Source of the DNA: Eledone cirrhosa
Lineage: Eukaryota
Assembly (NCBI GenBank): GCA_964016885.1
Contig: OZ024741.1
Location: 233,554,001 to 233,618,000, forward strand
Direction: 5' to 3'
Length of the DNA: 64,000 nt
Shown here: positions 50,936-64,000 of the stretch, in pieces
Position numbering within the stretch: the stretch's first letter is position 1
Layout of the letters: every line of letters starts with the position of its first letter
Position numbers and translations under genes: made by a program
The notes under the pieces: model-generated
Databases searched by the model: none
What the model was told of the DNA's origin: nothing
The model's input: the letters and a program-made list of their open reading frames with translations, nothing else

Positions 50936-51500
50936 GAAATATTTACTTCTGCGTTCACAGATTGATTTTTTTTAGTTTCAGAAGATCCCATTAAGGGTGA
51001 AAGCAGCCGATTCTTTGCTTAAACTTTAATCTGTTATTTTAATAAATATTTGCTCTACGGTTCTTATATATTTGATATATATTTATCCTTATCGAGCCCT
51101 CTTTGGATGATAGTCTTCAAATTTATTATTATTACTATTTGGCTCCCTTGACTGAGTACTCTATTGACTTATATTCATCATGCAGAAACATCTGAATATT
51201 TCTACAAAGAACATACCCATACCAAGCAGGAAGAAATACCTAAAACTACGTCTCCACGAACCAATGTATCGCCTTCCTGTCTTCCTTCGGTTGCAACGTT
51301 TTTCGAAATATTTACTTCTGCGTTCAGATTGATTTTTTTTTAGTTTCAGAAGATCCCATTAAGGGTGAAAGCAGCCGATTCTTTGCTTAAACTTTAATCT
51401 GTTATTTTAATAAATATTTGCTCTACGGTTCTTATATAATTGATATATATTTATCCCTATCGAGCCCTCTTTGGATTTTAGTCTTCATATGTATTATTAC
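50936..51500 (+). mobile_element. Penelope-like (Neptune-type) partial tandem pseudo-LTRs, 368-bp period, each with a hammerhead fold
   Basis: Cores at 50979 and 51347; 51180-51248 reads MQKHLNISTKNIPIPSRKKYLKL, resembling the recalled Neptune ORF N-terminal S.KNIPIP motif. Confidence 0.75.
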
Positions 51501-51519
51501 TAATATATATACATACATA

Positions 51520-51878
51520 CTGAGAGCATTGGCCTTGCAATCGAGAGGTTGTGAGTTCAATTCTCACACCGGGTGATGTGTTGTTTCCTTGAGCAAGACA
51601 CTTTATTTCACATTGCTCCAGTTTACTCAGCAGTAGAAATGAGAAGATAGGACTGGGGTCCCTATCATTCCACTGCAAAGTGGTCGTGGAGGTGCCACGG
51701 CAAAAAAGCACCCAGCCCACTCTGTAAAGTGGATGTGCCACGGGAAAAAAGCACCTAGCACTCACTGTAAATGAGGTTGGTGTTAGGAAGGGCATCCAGC
51801 TGTAGAAATCAAGCCAGAATCAGTTCCCGTCCCACCCTTGCAAGCAGGGAAAAAGTGGACGTAAAATGAAATGATGAA
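51520..51878 (+). mobile_element. Composite SINE (as 48575-48910); another copy on minus strand at ~52283-52643
   Basis: Colinear high similarity. Confidence 0.85.
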
Positions 51879-52210
51879 TACTCCCAGCTGTGGTCACCCC
51901 CTAGTATCAAACTAACCATCGAGCTTGAAGCAATCCAATGAAGCTACACCAAGAAGGTTTCCACGATGAAGGAGATAAACTACTGGGAGAGTCTAAAAGA
52001 ACTGAAACTCTACTCCTCGGAATGAAGACGGGAGAGATATGCAATGATATACATATGGAAAATCCTGGGGGAACTAAGACCAAACTTTCGCCTTGAGAGC
52101 TGAACCAATTCTCGAACAGGACGTCACTGTGTGGTATCAAAGGTCCCGTCTTCCACATCTAGAATCAGGAGCAGCTATTGCAATAGCCTGGGGTTCAAAG
52201 GCCCTCAACT
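51879..52210 (+). mobile_element. CR1-like LINE C-terminal fragment (second family)
   Basis: EYSQLWSP..NYWESLKELKLYS; similar to 57960-58475. Confidence 0.75.
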
Positions 52211-52644
52211 TGGTTTTCAAAATTTAAATTTGTGTTTCCTATTCATCAATGCTTCAAGCAAGCTATAAAACTCTGTTATATTTCATCATCATCATTTTAT
52301 GTCAGTTTTTCTACGCTAACATGGGTTGTCCTGTTGTGAGCAGTCCGCTGACCTTGTCTTGTTCATACGGGAACTGATTCTGGCTGGATGCCCTTCCTAA
52401 CACCAACCTCATTTACAGTGAGTGCTGGGTGTTTTTTTTTTTTGCCGTGGCACCTCCACGATCACTTTGCAGTGGAATGATAGGGACCCCAGTCCTATCA
52501 TCTCATTTCTACAGCTGAGTAAACTGGAGCAATGTGAAATAAAGTGTCTTGCTCAAGGAAACAACACATGACCCAGTCCGAGAATTAAACTCACAACCTT
52601 TCAATTGCAAGCCCAATGCTCTAACCACTGAGCCATGTGCCTTC

Positions 52645-53615
52645 AAATTGTTGGCAATGTTAGGTCAAGTGACAATGTCTTGCTCATAAAGAACTGATTT
52701 TGGCTTGGTTTCTACAGCTGGATGCCCTTCCTAATGCCAAGCTCATTTACAGTGAGTACTGGGTGTTTTTTGTTGTGATTCCTCCACGACTACTTTACAG
52801 TGTGGACTGGGTGTTTTTTACCGTGTCACCATCACGACCACTTTACAGTGTTTCGGCCTGTTCTCATGAAAGATATATTGGCGGGTGGGATGGAGTGGTG
52901 CATACTGTATGTATGTTTCAGCCTTGGCCTGGGCCCGTGGGAAGTTGGGGTTTCTGTATTACCTCATAACGCCAGAGCTTTTGGTCCTGTGTCATTGCCT
53001 TTCAGAGGTGCAATTGGGCAAGGTCGGCTTTTATCACTTCATCTCAAGTCTTTCTGGGACTTTATGTAGCTGTCATCCTTCATACGAATCACATGTCAAT
53101 ACCAACATAATCTCCTCTCCTGCACACAACATTTGATTCCTCTTATGCCTAGTTTCTCTTTCAGTTTGTTTATGCTTTGCTGTTCGCGTATATTACTATT
53201 ACACATCCATCGGAGCATACAAGCTTCATTCCTTTCTAATCTACGCAAGTCTTCTACACACAGCGCCCAGCTCTCACTACCATGCAACATTGCCGTTCAT
53301 ATGCACACATCATACAGTCTACCTTTTATTCTGAGGGAAAAGCCTTTTGTATCCAGCTGTGGCAGTAGCTCCCTCAACTTCTTCCATCCAGTTCTTTCAG
53401 AACACCCCCCTCCACTGCTAATTCAGTATTGTTTTTACCAAGTGCTCCCAGACTTTGATGTCACTTGTTTTCAGTGATTGTTTGCTGCTTACTGTCCTGG
53501 TGCAACTGCTACATGTAAAGCCTACATTCTTAACTTAACTTCCAGAGATCCCACTACATCTCTTGTGAACCCATAGTTTGCATATGGGGAAACCTACACC
53601 TCTCCTACATAATGA
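52645..53615 (-). mobile_element. Degraded RTE 3' part
   Basis: MLHGSESWAL..RRLCWY; PHD remnant; UTR units. Confidence 0.85.
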
Positions 53616-53656
53616 GCACACATATATATACACACACACTCACATATACATATATA

Positions 53657-54718
53657 CTAGCCGAATTACCAGTGCCTTGCTGCGTTTCACACATTTTTTT
53701 TCTAAGAAAATGATGATTGATTTTAAATCAGTGATATAATTTATGGAGAAAAACTCAATATTACTCAATGTAAAATATAATGCATGAAAAATTGGAAAAC
53801 ATCATTTTTTGTAATATATCAAATCAAAATTGCATTATTAAATCTTATTCTTATTTTGTTTCTTGTAAATAATTTTTTTCAAAATATCAATTGAAAACTT
53901 TTGTGAATAAGCATCATATCTTGTCATTTACCTATGGTTTAAGTTTCATATAAATCGAAAGGGAAAAGTTTTCAGCGGGGGTTTGTACCCCCGGGAAACC
54001 CTAATAAGGGGTTTAACCCCCATTAGGGTACTGTAATTGTATTAAAATTTGCGGAAATGATGTGAATAGGCATCATATCTTGTCGTTTACCTATGTCGTT
54101 TACCCTAATAAGGTGTCTTATAGTATTGAAATTTTGTGAATAGGCATCATATCTCTTCATTTATCTATGGTTTAAATTGCATATAAATCGAACCGAAAAA
54201 ATTTTCAGCGGGAATTTTGTGCCCCCTGGTGAACCCTAATAGGGGGTTTAACCCCCATTAGGGTACTGTAATTGTATTAAAATTTGCGGAAATGATGTGA
54301 ATAGGCATCATATCTTGTCGTTTACCTATGGTTTAAATTGCATATAAATCGAAGGGAAAACATTTTCAGCAGGAGTTTGTGCCACCGGTGAACCCTAATA
54401 GGGGGTTTAATCACCATTAGGGTATTTTAATTTTATTGAAATTTGCTGAAATTTTGTGAATAGGCATCATATCTTGTCATTTACCTATGGTTTAAATTTC
54501 ATATAAATCGAAGGTAAAGTTTCAGCGGCGGTTTTGTGCCCTCGATGAACCCTTTGATTAAAATGAAATATACTTATACAAGTACCCTGGGCAATGTAGT
54601 TTCAGAATATATATGGTTATGGGAGTCTATCTCCAAAACCATAGGAGGAGTTCGTAAAATCTTGTTCCATTTATTGGCCAAACTTTTCACTATAGGGCGT
54701 TTAAATTAATATTATTGA
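53657..54718 (-). mobile_element. Non-autonomous Helitron-like element with ~160-bp tandem repeats
   Basis: Minus strand TC start, CTAG|T end, no terminal inverted repeat; GTGAATA(G/A)GCATCATATC at 53903, 54062, 54136, 54297, 54456. Confidence 0.55.
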
Positions 54719-54740
54719 AATTTGCACACACACACACATA

Positions 54741-57146
54741 TCATCATCATCGTCATCGTCGTCGTCATCATCATCGTCGTCATCGTCACCGTTTTACGTC
54801 CGTTCTTCCACGCTAGCATGGGTTAGACGGGTTGTCCTGTTGTGGGCAGTGTCTGGTCGGCTGACCATGTCTTGCTGATACGGGAACTGATTCTGGCTTG
54901 ATTTCTACAGCTGGATGCCCTTCCTAACACCAACCTCATTTACAGTGAGTGCTGGGTGCTTTTTCGTGGCGCCTACACGTCCACTTTACAGTGTGGGCTG
55001 GGTGCTTTTTTGCCGTGGCACCTCCACGACCACCTTGCAGTGGGGGGAAGGGGGGTGTCTACATGCTTCAGCTTGTACCCATGGGAGGTCGGGTACTCTG
55101 TATTACTGCGTGACACCAGAGGTCACGGTCGTGTGTCATCGCCTTGGAGAGGTGTAATTGGGTAAGGTCGGCTTTTATCATCTCATCCCAGGTCATCTTG
55201 GGTCTCCCCACTCCGCGGTTTCGACTTCTAGTACTCTGCACCTTTTTATGCAGCTGTCATCCTTCATACGCATCACATGTCCATACCAACGCAACCGCCT
55301 CTCCTGCACACAGCATTTGATTCCTCTTATGCTCAGTCTCTCTCTCAATTCATTTATGCTTTGTCGATCGCGTATATTACTATTACACATCCATCGGAGC
55401 ATGCAGGCTTCGTTTCTCTCTAATCTACGTAAGTCTTCCACCTTCAGTGCCCAGGTCTCACTACCATGTAACATTGCTGTTCGGATACGCGCATCATACA
55501 GTCTGCCTTTCATTTTGAAGGAGAAGCCTTTTGCAGCTAGCAGTGGCAGTAGTTCCCTGAACTTCTTCCATCCCGTTCTTACCCTAGTTATTGTACTTTC
55601 TGAACACCCATCGCCGCTGCTAATTCGGTCACCTAGGTAGCAGAAGCTGTCTACTGTCTCTCCAGAGCCCTCCCAGAGATTGGTGGTACTTGTTTCCTGT
55701 GGCTGTTTGCTGTCCCAGTACAGCTGCTGCATGTGAAGCCTACATTCTTAATTAAGCTTCCTGAGATCCCGCTACATCTCTTGTGTACCCATTGTTTGCA
55801 TTTGGGGAAGAGAATGGAGTTCCTACCTACACCTTTCCTACATACTGAGCAAGGCCATTTCCCTGAGGGGATCTGGGTTCTGTTTTCTCGTCTACTTACA
55901 AGGATCTTAGTCTTTGTCATGTTGACTTTGAGACCCTTTCTTTCTAGTCCCTGCTTCCAAGTTTGGAATTTCTTCTCTAGTTCTACCATAGATTCACCTA
56001 TAAGTGCGGGGTCATCAGCATACAGAAGTTCCCATGGGCATCCGGTCTTAAACTCCTCCGTTATTGCCTGCAGGACTATGATGAACAGGAGAGGGCTAAG
56101 AACAGAGCCCTGGTGGACACCAACCTGTACGCTAAATTCCTCGCTATACTCATTGCTAATGCTAACTTTGCTGACTGCTCCCCTCTACATGGCTTGTACA
56201 GCTTTCACAAGCCATTCATCTACTCCTAGTTTTCTAAGAGCCCACCAGATTACAGCACGTGGAACTCTGTCAAAGGCTTTCTCGAGATCGACGAATGCCA
56301 GGTAGAGTGGTTTACTTTAAGCTAGGTACTTTTCCTGTAACTGCCTCACAAGGAAGAGCGCATCAGTGGTGCCTCTTCCTGGTACCAACCCAAATTGCAT
56401 CTCATCTAGTTTCACCCGGTCCCTAATCAATTGTGCTATAACTCTTTCTGTTACTTTCATGACCTGGTCCATCAGCTTTATACCTCTATAGTTTCCTCTA
56501 TCGAGTGCATCACCTTTACCTTTGTAGCAGTTGACAATGATGCTACTGCACCAATCTTTTGGTATGACACCTTCTAGTATTACCTGGTTAACAATACGTG
56601 TGGTTATAGTGTGACCTACAGACCCAGATGCCTTCAGCATCTCGGCAGCTATACCCAATGGACCGGTTGCCTTCCCCATCTTCATATCTTTGATTGCCTT
56701 ACTTACTACGCTGCTGCTGACTTGAACTGCTGGCCCCTTTATAGGGTCTACTTGGGGTAGGGTCTCTTCTTCCCATGCATTCTCCTCATTTAGTAATCTA
56801 TCATAATGACTCTTCCATGCATCTTTCTTCTCAGCACTTGTGAGGGCAAGCTCACCTTTATCATTCCGGATACACTTCTCTCCAATGACATCACAATTCT
56901 CTCTGACACACTGCCTCGCAATCTTGAACACCTCCTGTTTCTGGTCCTCTCGTTGCAAACCATGCTTGAATTTTCTATCCTCTGCTTCCCTCCTAGCTAA
57001 GTATACTTGTCGCCTAGCTTCCCTCCTGGTCCCTATGTAATGTACCCTGCTCTCCCCGTTCTTCCATTCTTTCCATGCCTGTCTCTTGGCCTTAACTGCC
57101 TCATCTACCTTATTGTTCCACCACCAAGTCACTCGCCTCCTGCTTG
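54741..57146 (-). mobile_element. 5'-truncated RTE LINE with frameshifts (subfamily of 3686-4965)
   Basis: TWWWN linker, RT, PHD finger, C-terminus, UTR, tail. Confidence 0.93.
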
Positions 57147-57150
57147 TGGT

Positions 57151-57186
<36 letters not shown>

Positions 57187-57199
57187 AACACACACACAC

Positions 57200-57467
57200 A
57201 TATCATCATCATCATCATTCATCATCATTTTACGTCCGCTTTTCCCTGCTTGCAAGGGTGGGACGGGTCTTATTCAGCACAGCATCTCTCCACTCGTCAC
57301 GGTCCCTCGTCATCTCCACCGTGAGCTTCAATGATCTGAGGTCTGTTCTCACCACCTCCGCCCATGTTTTTCGTGGTCTACCTCTACCACGTCTTCCTTC
57401 AACTGGCATTTCCTGGCACTTCTTCACCCATCGGTCATCCTCCATGCGCATCACATGTCCATACCAC
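57200..57467 (-). mobile_element. 3' fragment of the 35475-38722 RTE subfamily inside a (TA)/(CA) microsatellite
   Basis: Essentially identical peptide WYGHVMRMEDD..KTRPTLASREKRT. Confidence 0.9.
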
Positions 57468-57498
<31 letters not shown>

Positions 57499-57543
57499 AA
57501 CACACACACACATATATTTATATATATATATATATATACACAA

Positions 57544-57594
<51 letters not shown>

Positions 57595-57899
57595 TACACA
57601 AACACACACACACACACACATATTTATATCTTTTAGCAGACCATTTTAATATTGCCACTCAATGAAAACCCTTTGTTTGTTTGGAATAAATGAATCTTGA
57701 AAATTAGGAGTGCCTGTCAGTGTGTATGTGTTTATCTACTTAGCATCAATTTACTACCCTCCCCTACCACCAGAAAATGTATAAATACCACCATATTACA
57801 TTGACAGTCGGCTTTTCTGATGATTGCCTCTGAATGAAACAGTTCTAGTCCTGTTGAAGCCATTTCTATATTAAATATATATATACTCTTTTAGCTGTT

Positions 57900-58475
57900 C
57901 CAGCCATCCGGCTGAGACCATGATTGGGCACTGCCCTTGTTGCTACACATTCTATCTCCAGCCTGTGTTGGCTGGCTATTGATGTAAGAGGGAGTTCGTT
58001 GCTGCTGCCCTTAGGTTACCTTCGTACCATGATGTGGGCTCATCCGGGATCCTGGATAACAGGGTGTCGAGAAGTTTCTTGAAAATATCCACGACCACAC
58101 CATGTAGATCTCTCAAATCCCTCGGCAGTTTGTTGAAGAGTTGAGGGCCTTTGAACCCCAGTCTATTGCAATATCTGCTTCTTGTTCTAGATGTGGAAGA
58201 CGAGGTCTTTGTCACCACACAGTGACGTCCTATTCGAGGGTTGGTCCCGCTCTCAATACCAAAGTTTGGCGCTAGTCCCTCCAGGATTTTCCATATGTAT
58301 ATCACTGCGTATCTCTCCCGTCTTCGTTCCAAGGAGTAGAGTTTCAGTTCTTTTAGCCTCTCCCAGTAGCTCATCTCCTTCATCGTGCAATCCTCTTGGT
58401 GTAGCTTCGTTGGATTGTCTGAAGTTCCGTGGTTAGTTTGATACTATGAGGTGACCACAGCTGGGAGCAATAATC
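57900..58475 (-). mobile_element. CR1-like LINE 3' fragment
   Basis: ORF 57976-58383 YWERLKELKLYSLERRRERY..GPQLFNKLP..FKKLLD. Confidence 0.85.
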
Positions 58476-58759
58476 CAGGCGGCTTAGGACAAATGGCCTT
58501 CATAGTATCAACATGGTCTCCCGGTCTCTTATATAGAAAACCTCAAATAAAAAGTCAAGATTTGTTTCAATTTAACAGAGCAGAAAGAATTCGCATCAGA
58601 ATATTCCAACCAATCCAGCCTATATCAGCTGAATAAATATGTATATGGAGATATATATATACACACCCACGTGCACATATATATATATATACACATACAC
58701 GCACACACACATATATATACACACAAACACACACACATACATACACGCATGCATGCATA

Positions 58760-59368
58760 CATGATGGCTACCCCCTCGTTATCGAGTATGGACATTGCAC
58801 GATATACCATTATTAATTAATTCTATCGTGCAATGCCTGTGCATGAAGATATTTTTTTAAATGAGGAAAGACTGTGTACTGAGCCAATCCCACTCTCTGA
58901 GCGACAGTAGCTATAACCCGAAAAGAAGAAAATATCAACATCATCGGTAACTACTGAGCCGCAGGTTTTATATCGGAGTTATCCCAGTTTCCTGAGTTGC
59001 CTTCTCCTAGAAGAATGCCCTGACAAAGGCTAGGGGTCCTTCACTCCCAGTGGTTTAACAGCGCGATCGAGTGTCCAGCCCGATTATTTCTATGTCCCCG
59101 CACATGTACATACACATGCACCCATGTATATACACATATACATACATATGTACATGTGTATATACATATTTACACACTTTTGGATGGCCGTTGACTCTTA
59201 AGAGATCTTCCGCCCTTTCTCAGGTTTTGTTTTTTGTCCTGCAGGGTGTCCAAAATCACCCTCCTCACCAAGTAAACTTGGTGGGGTTGCCCGTTTAGTC
59301 GCCGACGACCCAACCATGCAACAGGTTGTACTGGGTTACATGTTACCAGTAGCACTCAAGAGTGACCC
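58760..59368 (-). mobile_element. Second bipartite RTE-derived non-autonomous element
   Basis: 5' ~190 nt homologous to 62320-62498; 3' CTCG-ATAA-CGAG stem-loop then (TATG)n. Confidence 0.7.
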
Positions 59369-59389
59369 AACATACATACATACATACAT

Positions 59390-61870
59390 ACATGATGGCT
59401 GCAAACTCGTGTTCAAGTATTGCCATCGCCCGATAAAATGTTTAAAAATGTGAAGCACAAATGTGACTCTTTAAACCAGTCAAATACTTGCACCCTCTGG
59501 CACACACATGGCAGCTTTAGGCTCCCCCAAAACCTTCCATTGCTTTGTTCTGGCTGTATGTTCACATGTATCTTTTAAGACCTCCCATGCTTGTACATTT
59601 CTTACACCTTTTCAGATCATAATCTACACGAGGTCTACTGATATGACTTTGTTCATATCTAATCAAACCAGCTTTGCTGAGGCTGACTCGACCAGTGCTG
59701 GCAAACCAGATGATGTTCAACAGCAGGCAGTTCAGAACAGTCTCAATCCTCATCTTCCTTTTCAGTGTTAGGTGTTCTCTCCGACGAGTTTCAAAGTGTT
59801 CACCACCTGACTTGATCAAACGTCTCCACTTCACACGCTCGTCAGCCATTTTCTCCCATTCGTCAGATGAAATTCCAGCACAAGCCAAGGTGACTCTGAT
59901 ACAGTCCTGGTACTGCCTTTTTAGTTTATGTGGTGGTCGCCTTCCTTCATACAGTTCTCCATAGAGAAGTTGCTTTGGAATACGATCATCAGACATCCGG
60001 ACCACGTGACTGCACCACCTCAACTGATACCGAAAGATTATGCTCTCTATAGTCACGCACCTGCTCCATTCTAGAACTTCCAAATCACTGGCGAACATTT
60101 TCCACCACACCCCAAGTAACTTATGAAGAGATTGTTGGTGAAATCTCTCCAGATCCTTGAGGTGCTTTCTGTATATGACCCACGTTCACAAACATAAAGT
60201 AAAGAGGAGACGACACAAGTCAGATACACTTTCACCTTGGTTTTGATAGTGATACCTCGTCTGGACCATAAACGTTGATGCAGTCGTCCAAAAGCATCAC
60301 TGGCTTTCTTGATTCTTAAGGATATTTCATTATCATGTGTGCATGAAGTGTTCAACGTACTACAAGGTAAACAAACTTGTCAGCAACATTTAGCCTCTTT
60401 CCGTACACATACACACTTGGTGCAGTGTACTCGTTTCCAGGTATTGACTGATACATCACAACAGTCTTTTCCAAGCTTATTGTGACACCCAAAGTGCTGC
60501 AAGCTGCAGAAAAAGAGTTCATAATATGCTGCATGTCACTTTGTGAGTGTGCAAAAAGATCGCAGTCGTCTGCATACAAAAACTCTTGGATTATAGATGT
60601 TAAGACCTTTGTGCTTGTACCAAAGTGCCTGGTGTTGAACAACCTTCCTGAAGTGCGATACCTGATGTAAACCCCATGAGAACAATATTTGAATGCCATG
60701 ACAAATACTATCGTAAAATATAAGGAAAACAGAGTTGGAGCCGGAATGTCCCCCTGCTTCACTCCATTTTCAACTGATATTGGTTCAGAGATGCTACCAC
60801 CAATACTGACCAAAGCCTTCATGTCATCATGGAAAAGATGCAGAATCTTCTACCCTACCTTGGATTTTTTTCCCACAACGCAGTTCGAATGACAGTGTCA
60901 AAGGCCTTTGTCAAGTCAACAAAGACCTGGTAAAGATCCATACATTGTTCGATACACTTTTCTTGCAGCTGCCGAGCAGAAACGATCATATCCACTGTTC
61001 CTCTTTCATTTCTGAACCCACACTGCGACTCAGGCAACACATTCAGAGCAACTCTTGGGATCAATCTATCCATCAATATTCGACACGATTTTACCAACTA
61101 CTGAAAGAAGGGATATGACATGATAATTGCCACATTTGTCCTTGCCGTCCTTTCCTTTATGGAGAATCACCATGAGCGCATCCTTCTTGTGGGACATTCT
61201 CATCTTCTCACACCATTTTCATGAGGTCAGTCAGGCGCTGCGTGAAGTTTTCACCACCCCATTTCAAAACCGCTCCACTCAGACCATCCATGCCAGGAGA
61301 CTTACCACAGTTCAGCTTATGCACAACAGAAGTCCCCTCTGCAAGAGAAGATACATTAGCCATCTCATATGCTTCACTGGTTCAATAGGAATGGAACAAA
61401 TGAAATCATCATCAACCTGGGATGGCTGGTTTAAGAGCTCATCAAAATGATCTCTCTATCTGTCGAGTGTCTTTTGGGTCGCGTAGTAATTGCTTGCCAT
61501 CTTTCGATCTCAAAGGGGCCACTGAAGAGCTGAAAGGGCCATACACCTCTGTGAGTAGAAAGTGCAGCAGTTTCACATTGTTGCTGTCAGATGCCACTTG
61601 AACTTCATCTGCTTTGTTGCTCCACCAGGTATTTTACATAGCCCTGAGTTTCACCTGCACTTCCTTCTTTACCTGTCTGTAACGCTTATAATTGTCACCA
61701 ACAGAGATACCACCTTTAAGAACTGCATCAAGTGCCTTTTGTTTTCTGTCTAGCAGAGCCTTGACCTCCTGGTCATTCTCATCAAACCAGTCCTTGTTTT
61801 CTTGTGACAAAGCCAAGGACCTCTGCTGAAGCCTCATAGACCGAGCTCCTGAAGTCCTTCCAGTTGTTCT
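59390..61870 (-). mobile_element. BovB-like RTE LINE (no PHD), degraded
   Basis: LPESQCGFR, FVDLTKAFD, GVKQG, YADD, QLRWCSHVVRM..PKQLLYGEL. Confidence 0.92.
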
Positions 61871-61891
61871 CATACACGCATACTTACATAT

Positions 61892-62498
61892 ATGGTGGCT
61901 GCCAACTCGTTTTCGAGTACGGCCACTACTTTATATCCATGTAGGAGAACTCCTACCGATGTGCTGAACGAGTGTGACTTCTTAGTCCAGCCAGCGACTT
62001 GAAAAGTCTGGTACAAACACTACACTTGTGACAATTATTGACACATAGTGCTGGGCCCATGGTACCATGTGATGACAAGTGCAGAGGGATCTCCAGATAT
62101 AAAGCTATGCCTGTGCCGTGAAGCTTTTATAGTGAGCAAAGGCACTGCACAAAGCCAGTCCCACTCTCTTAACCAAGATGATATTTACCAAAGAGAAGAA
62201 CAAGTCAACATCATTGGATACCATCATGGTTGCAGGTGTTATATCAGAGTTTTCCTTCTCCTAGAATTCTGCCTTGACAAAGGCTAAGGAGTCATCTCTC
62301 CTAGTGATTTTGGATGGCCATTGACTATTAAGAGCTCCTTTGCCCTTTGACAGGTTTTGTTTTTAGTGCTGCAGGATGTCCAAAGTCACCTTCCTCACCA
62401 AGAAACCTTGGTGGGGTTGCCAGTTTAGTCGCCAACGACCTGACCATGAGACAGGTTGTACTGGGATACATGTTACCAGTAGCACCAACTGGTGACCT
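61892..62498 (-). mobile_element. Bipartite non-autonomous RTE derivative, apparently complete
   Basis: Reverse complement of 38868-39420 plus 5' hairpins. Confidence 0.78.
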
Positions 62499-63179
62499 GA
62501 CATATATACATGTATACAAAAATTGATACATCCATCCATACATACATGTATACACACATACATCCATCCATTCATCCATCCATACGGGTATACATACATA
62601 CATACAATGGTTAAAGTGTTTGACTGACGACCATAAGTTCATGGGTTCATATTTGGGACCGGGTAGTTATTGAATCAACCTGATATCAATGTTTATTATA
62701 CAGCACACTTCTTCTTTGGTATAATATGACACATAGTAATATCTAACATAGTACCCATCTAATCTGTTATAATATGATTTACCTATCCTCTGTGAAGGCA
62801 CATGCCTTAGGGGTTACGGTACTGGACTAACCATTATAAAGTCATGGGCCCGTTTCTTCGATCCTGCAGCATGCTGCGTCCTTCAGTAAAATACTTTAGT
62901 TCGTGTAACATCTTCTACCAGGACTTGCGGCAGACAGATAATATCAGTAATGGAAAAAACCTTGTTTCATTAGTATGACCTGGAAATCAGTTCCACTCTA
63001 TTTATCTTCTTTATTAAAGGCAATCAAATTATTTTTTATTTTATTCTTTTTCTTATTTTTCCATGTTTGTTAAATAAATTCCAAAAAATTGAACTAAATT
63101 GAAATTTTGTAATAAAATTTCCATAAAAGTTAATGTTTACAATACAATAAAATGTAATAAAATGTATTGAAGTCGACGA

Positions 63180-63465
63180 AATGTGGACCTTCATTTTTGA
63201 AAGATGGATAATGCTATAAGCAGATCTTACAATATTGTACCACAATTTTCCTTTGTGCAAAAGTGGGCAGCCGAATTTAGGAAAGGATAGGGGATTCTTG
63301 AAAATGACCCAATGTCTGGACGTCCTACAACTGCCACTACCGAGGAAAACATTAATCTCAGTACTGCAACACCTATGGAAGAAGTGTGTGGAACGCAAGG
63401 GAGACTATGTTGAAAAATAAACCTCATTTGGTCACACTCCATGAGAGTATCTTTGTCAACCCTCG
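63180..63465 (+). mobile_element. Mariner remnant
   Basis: LQHLWKKCVERKGDYVEK stop, then ..CCCTCG|TA terminus; 5' boundary uncertain. Confidence 0.75.
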
Positions 63466-63505
63466 TATCTATGCGCAATATACATAAAGATACAGAATTG
63501 CGGGC

Positions 63506-64000
63506 ATTACAACGCTATTAGCTGTCATATTTGTTGGTGAAAAAAATTTGATTATAAAACTTAAATTTATGAATGACTTGTTTTCTACATTGATAACCAT
63601 GACTTGTTTTTTAATTAACTTAAATTTGTTTTCTAATTTGGCCCCTTTAAGGGCCACCTATATTTTCATTTATGTAACTCCACTTACATCGATATGTTTT
63701 GTTTTCTAATTTGGCCCTTTTAAGTCTTCCCTCTCTCTCCTCTTCCCTTTCTCTCTCAAAAAAAACGCGTGAAAACTCCACTTACGCGCGGTAGTAATAC
63801 GGAAATAAACGATGTTGACGAGTGACGTCACCTTCGCCTGTTTTCCACTGGACTGACAGCTAATAGCGTTGTAGGGCACTACAACGCTATTAGCTGTCAG
63901 TCCAAGCAGCCGGTGGAAACAGGCGAAGGTGACGTCACTCGTCAAACATCGTTTATTTCCGTATTACTACCACGCGTAAGTGGAGTTTTCACGCGTTTTT
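63506..64000. mobile_element. Two abutting MITE copies (GGGCACTACAACGC termini, possibly PIF/Harbinger) forming a palindrome centred near 63875
   Basis: 63761-63874 mirrors ~63879-64000; another terminus at 63506. Confidence 0.7.

Overview
AT-rich, repeat-dense eukaryotic DNA; the SINE/RTE repertoire suggests an octopus-like cephalopod (inference from recalled repeat motifs, not a search). Most of the window is nested mobile DNA and microsatellite: many copies of an RTE-clade LINE with a PHD finger inside its RT (one near full length, 35475-38722), a second BovB-like RTE family with bipartite non-autonomous derivatives, CR1, Tx1 and CRE fragments, Penelope-like elements with hammerhead ribozyme folds, one LTR, hAT and mariner relics, Helitron-like elements, MITEs and tRNA-SINEs. 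The one credible host coding exon (25558-26160, minus) encodes a CARD + death-domain-like protein. Most interesting: (i) a covarying H-type pseudoknot module tandemly amplified in RTE 3' UTRs and shared with an RTE 5' UTR and a SINE; (ii) four copies of an extended type I hammerhead with a non-canonical CAGAAGA core; (iii) the PHD finger inside the RT; (iv) a 9-kb block of foldback arms enclosing telomere-like hexamer arrays. All calls are by eye and repeat boundaries are approximate.
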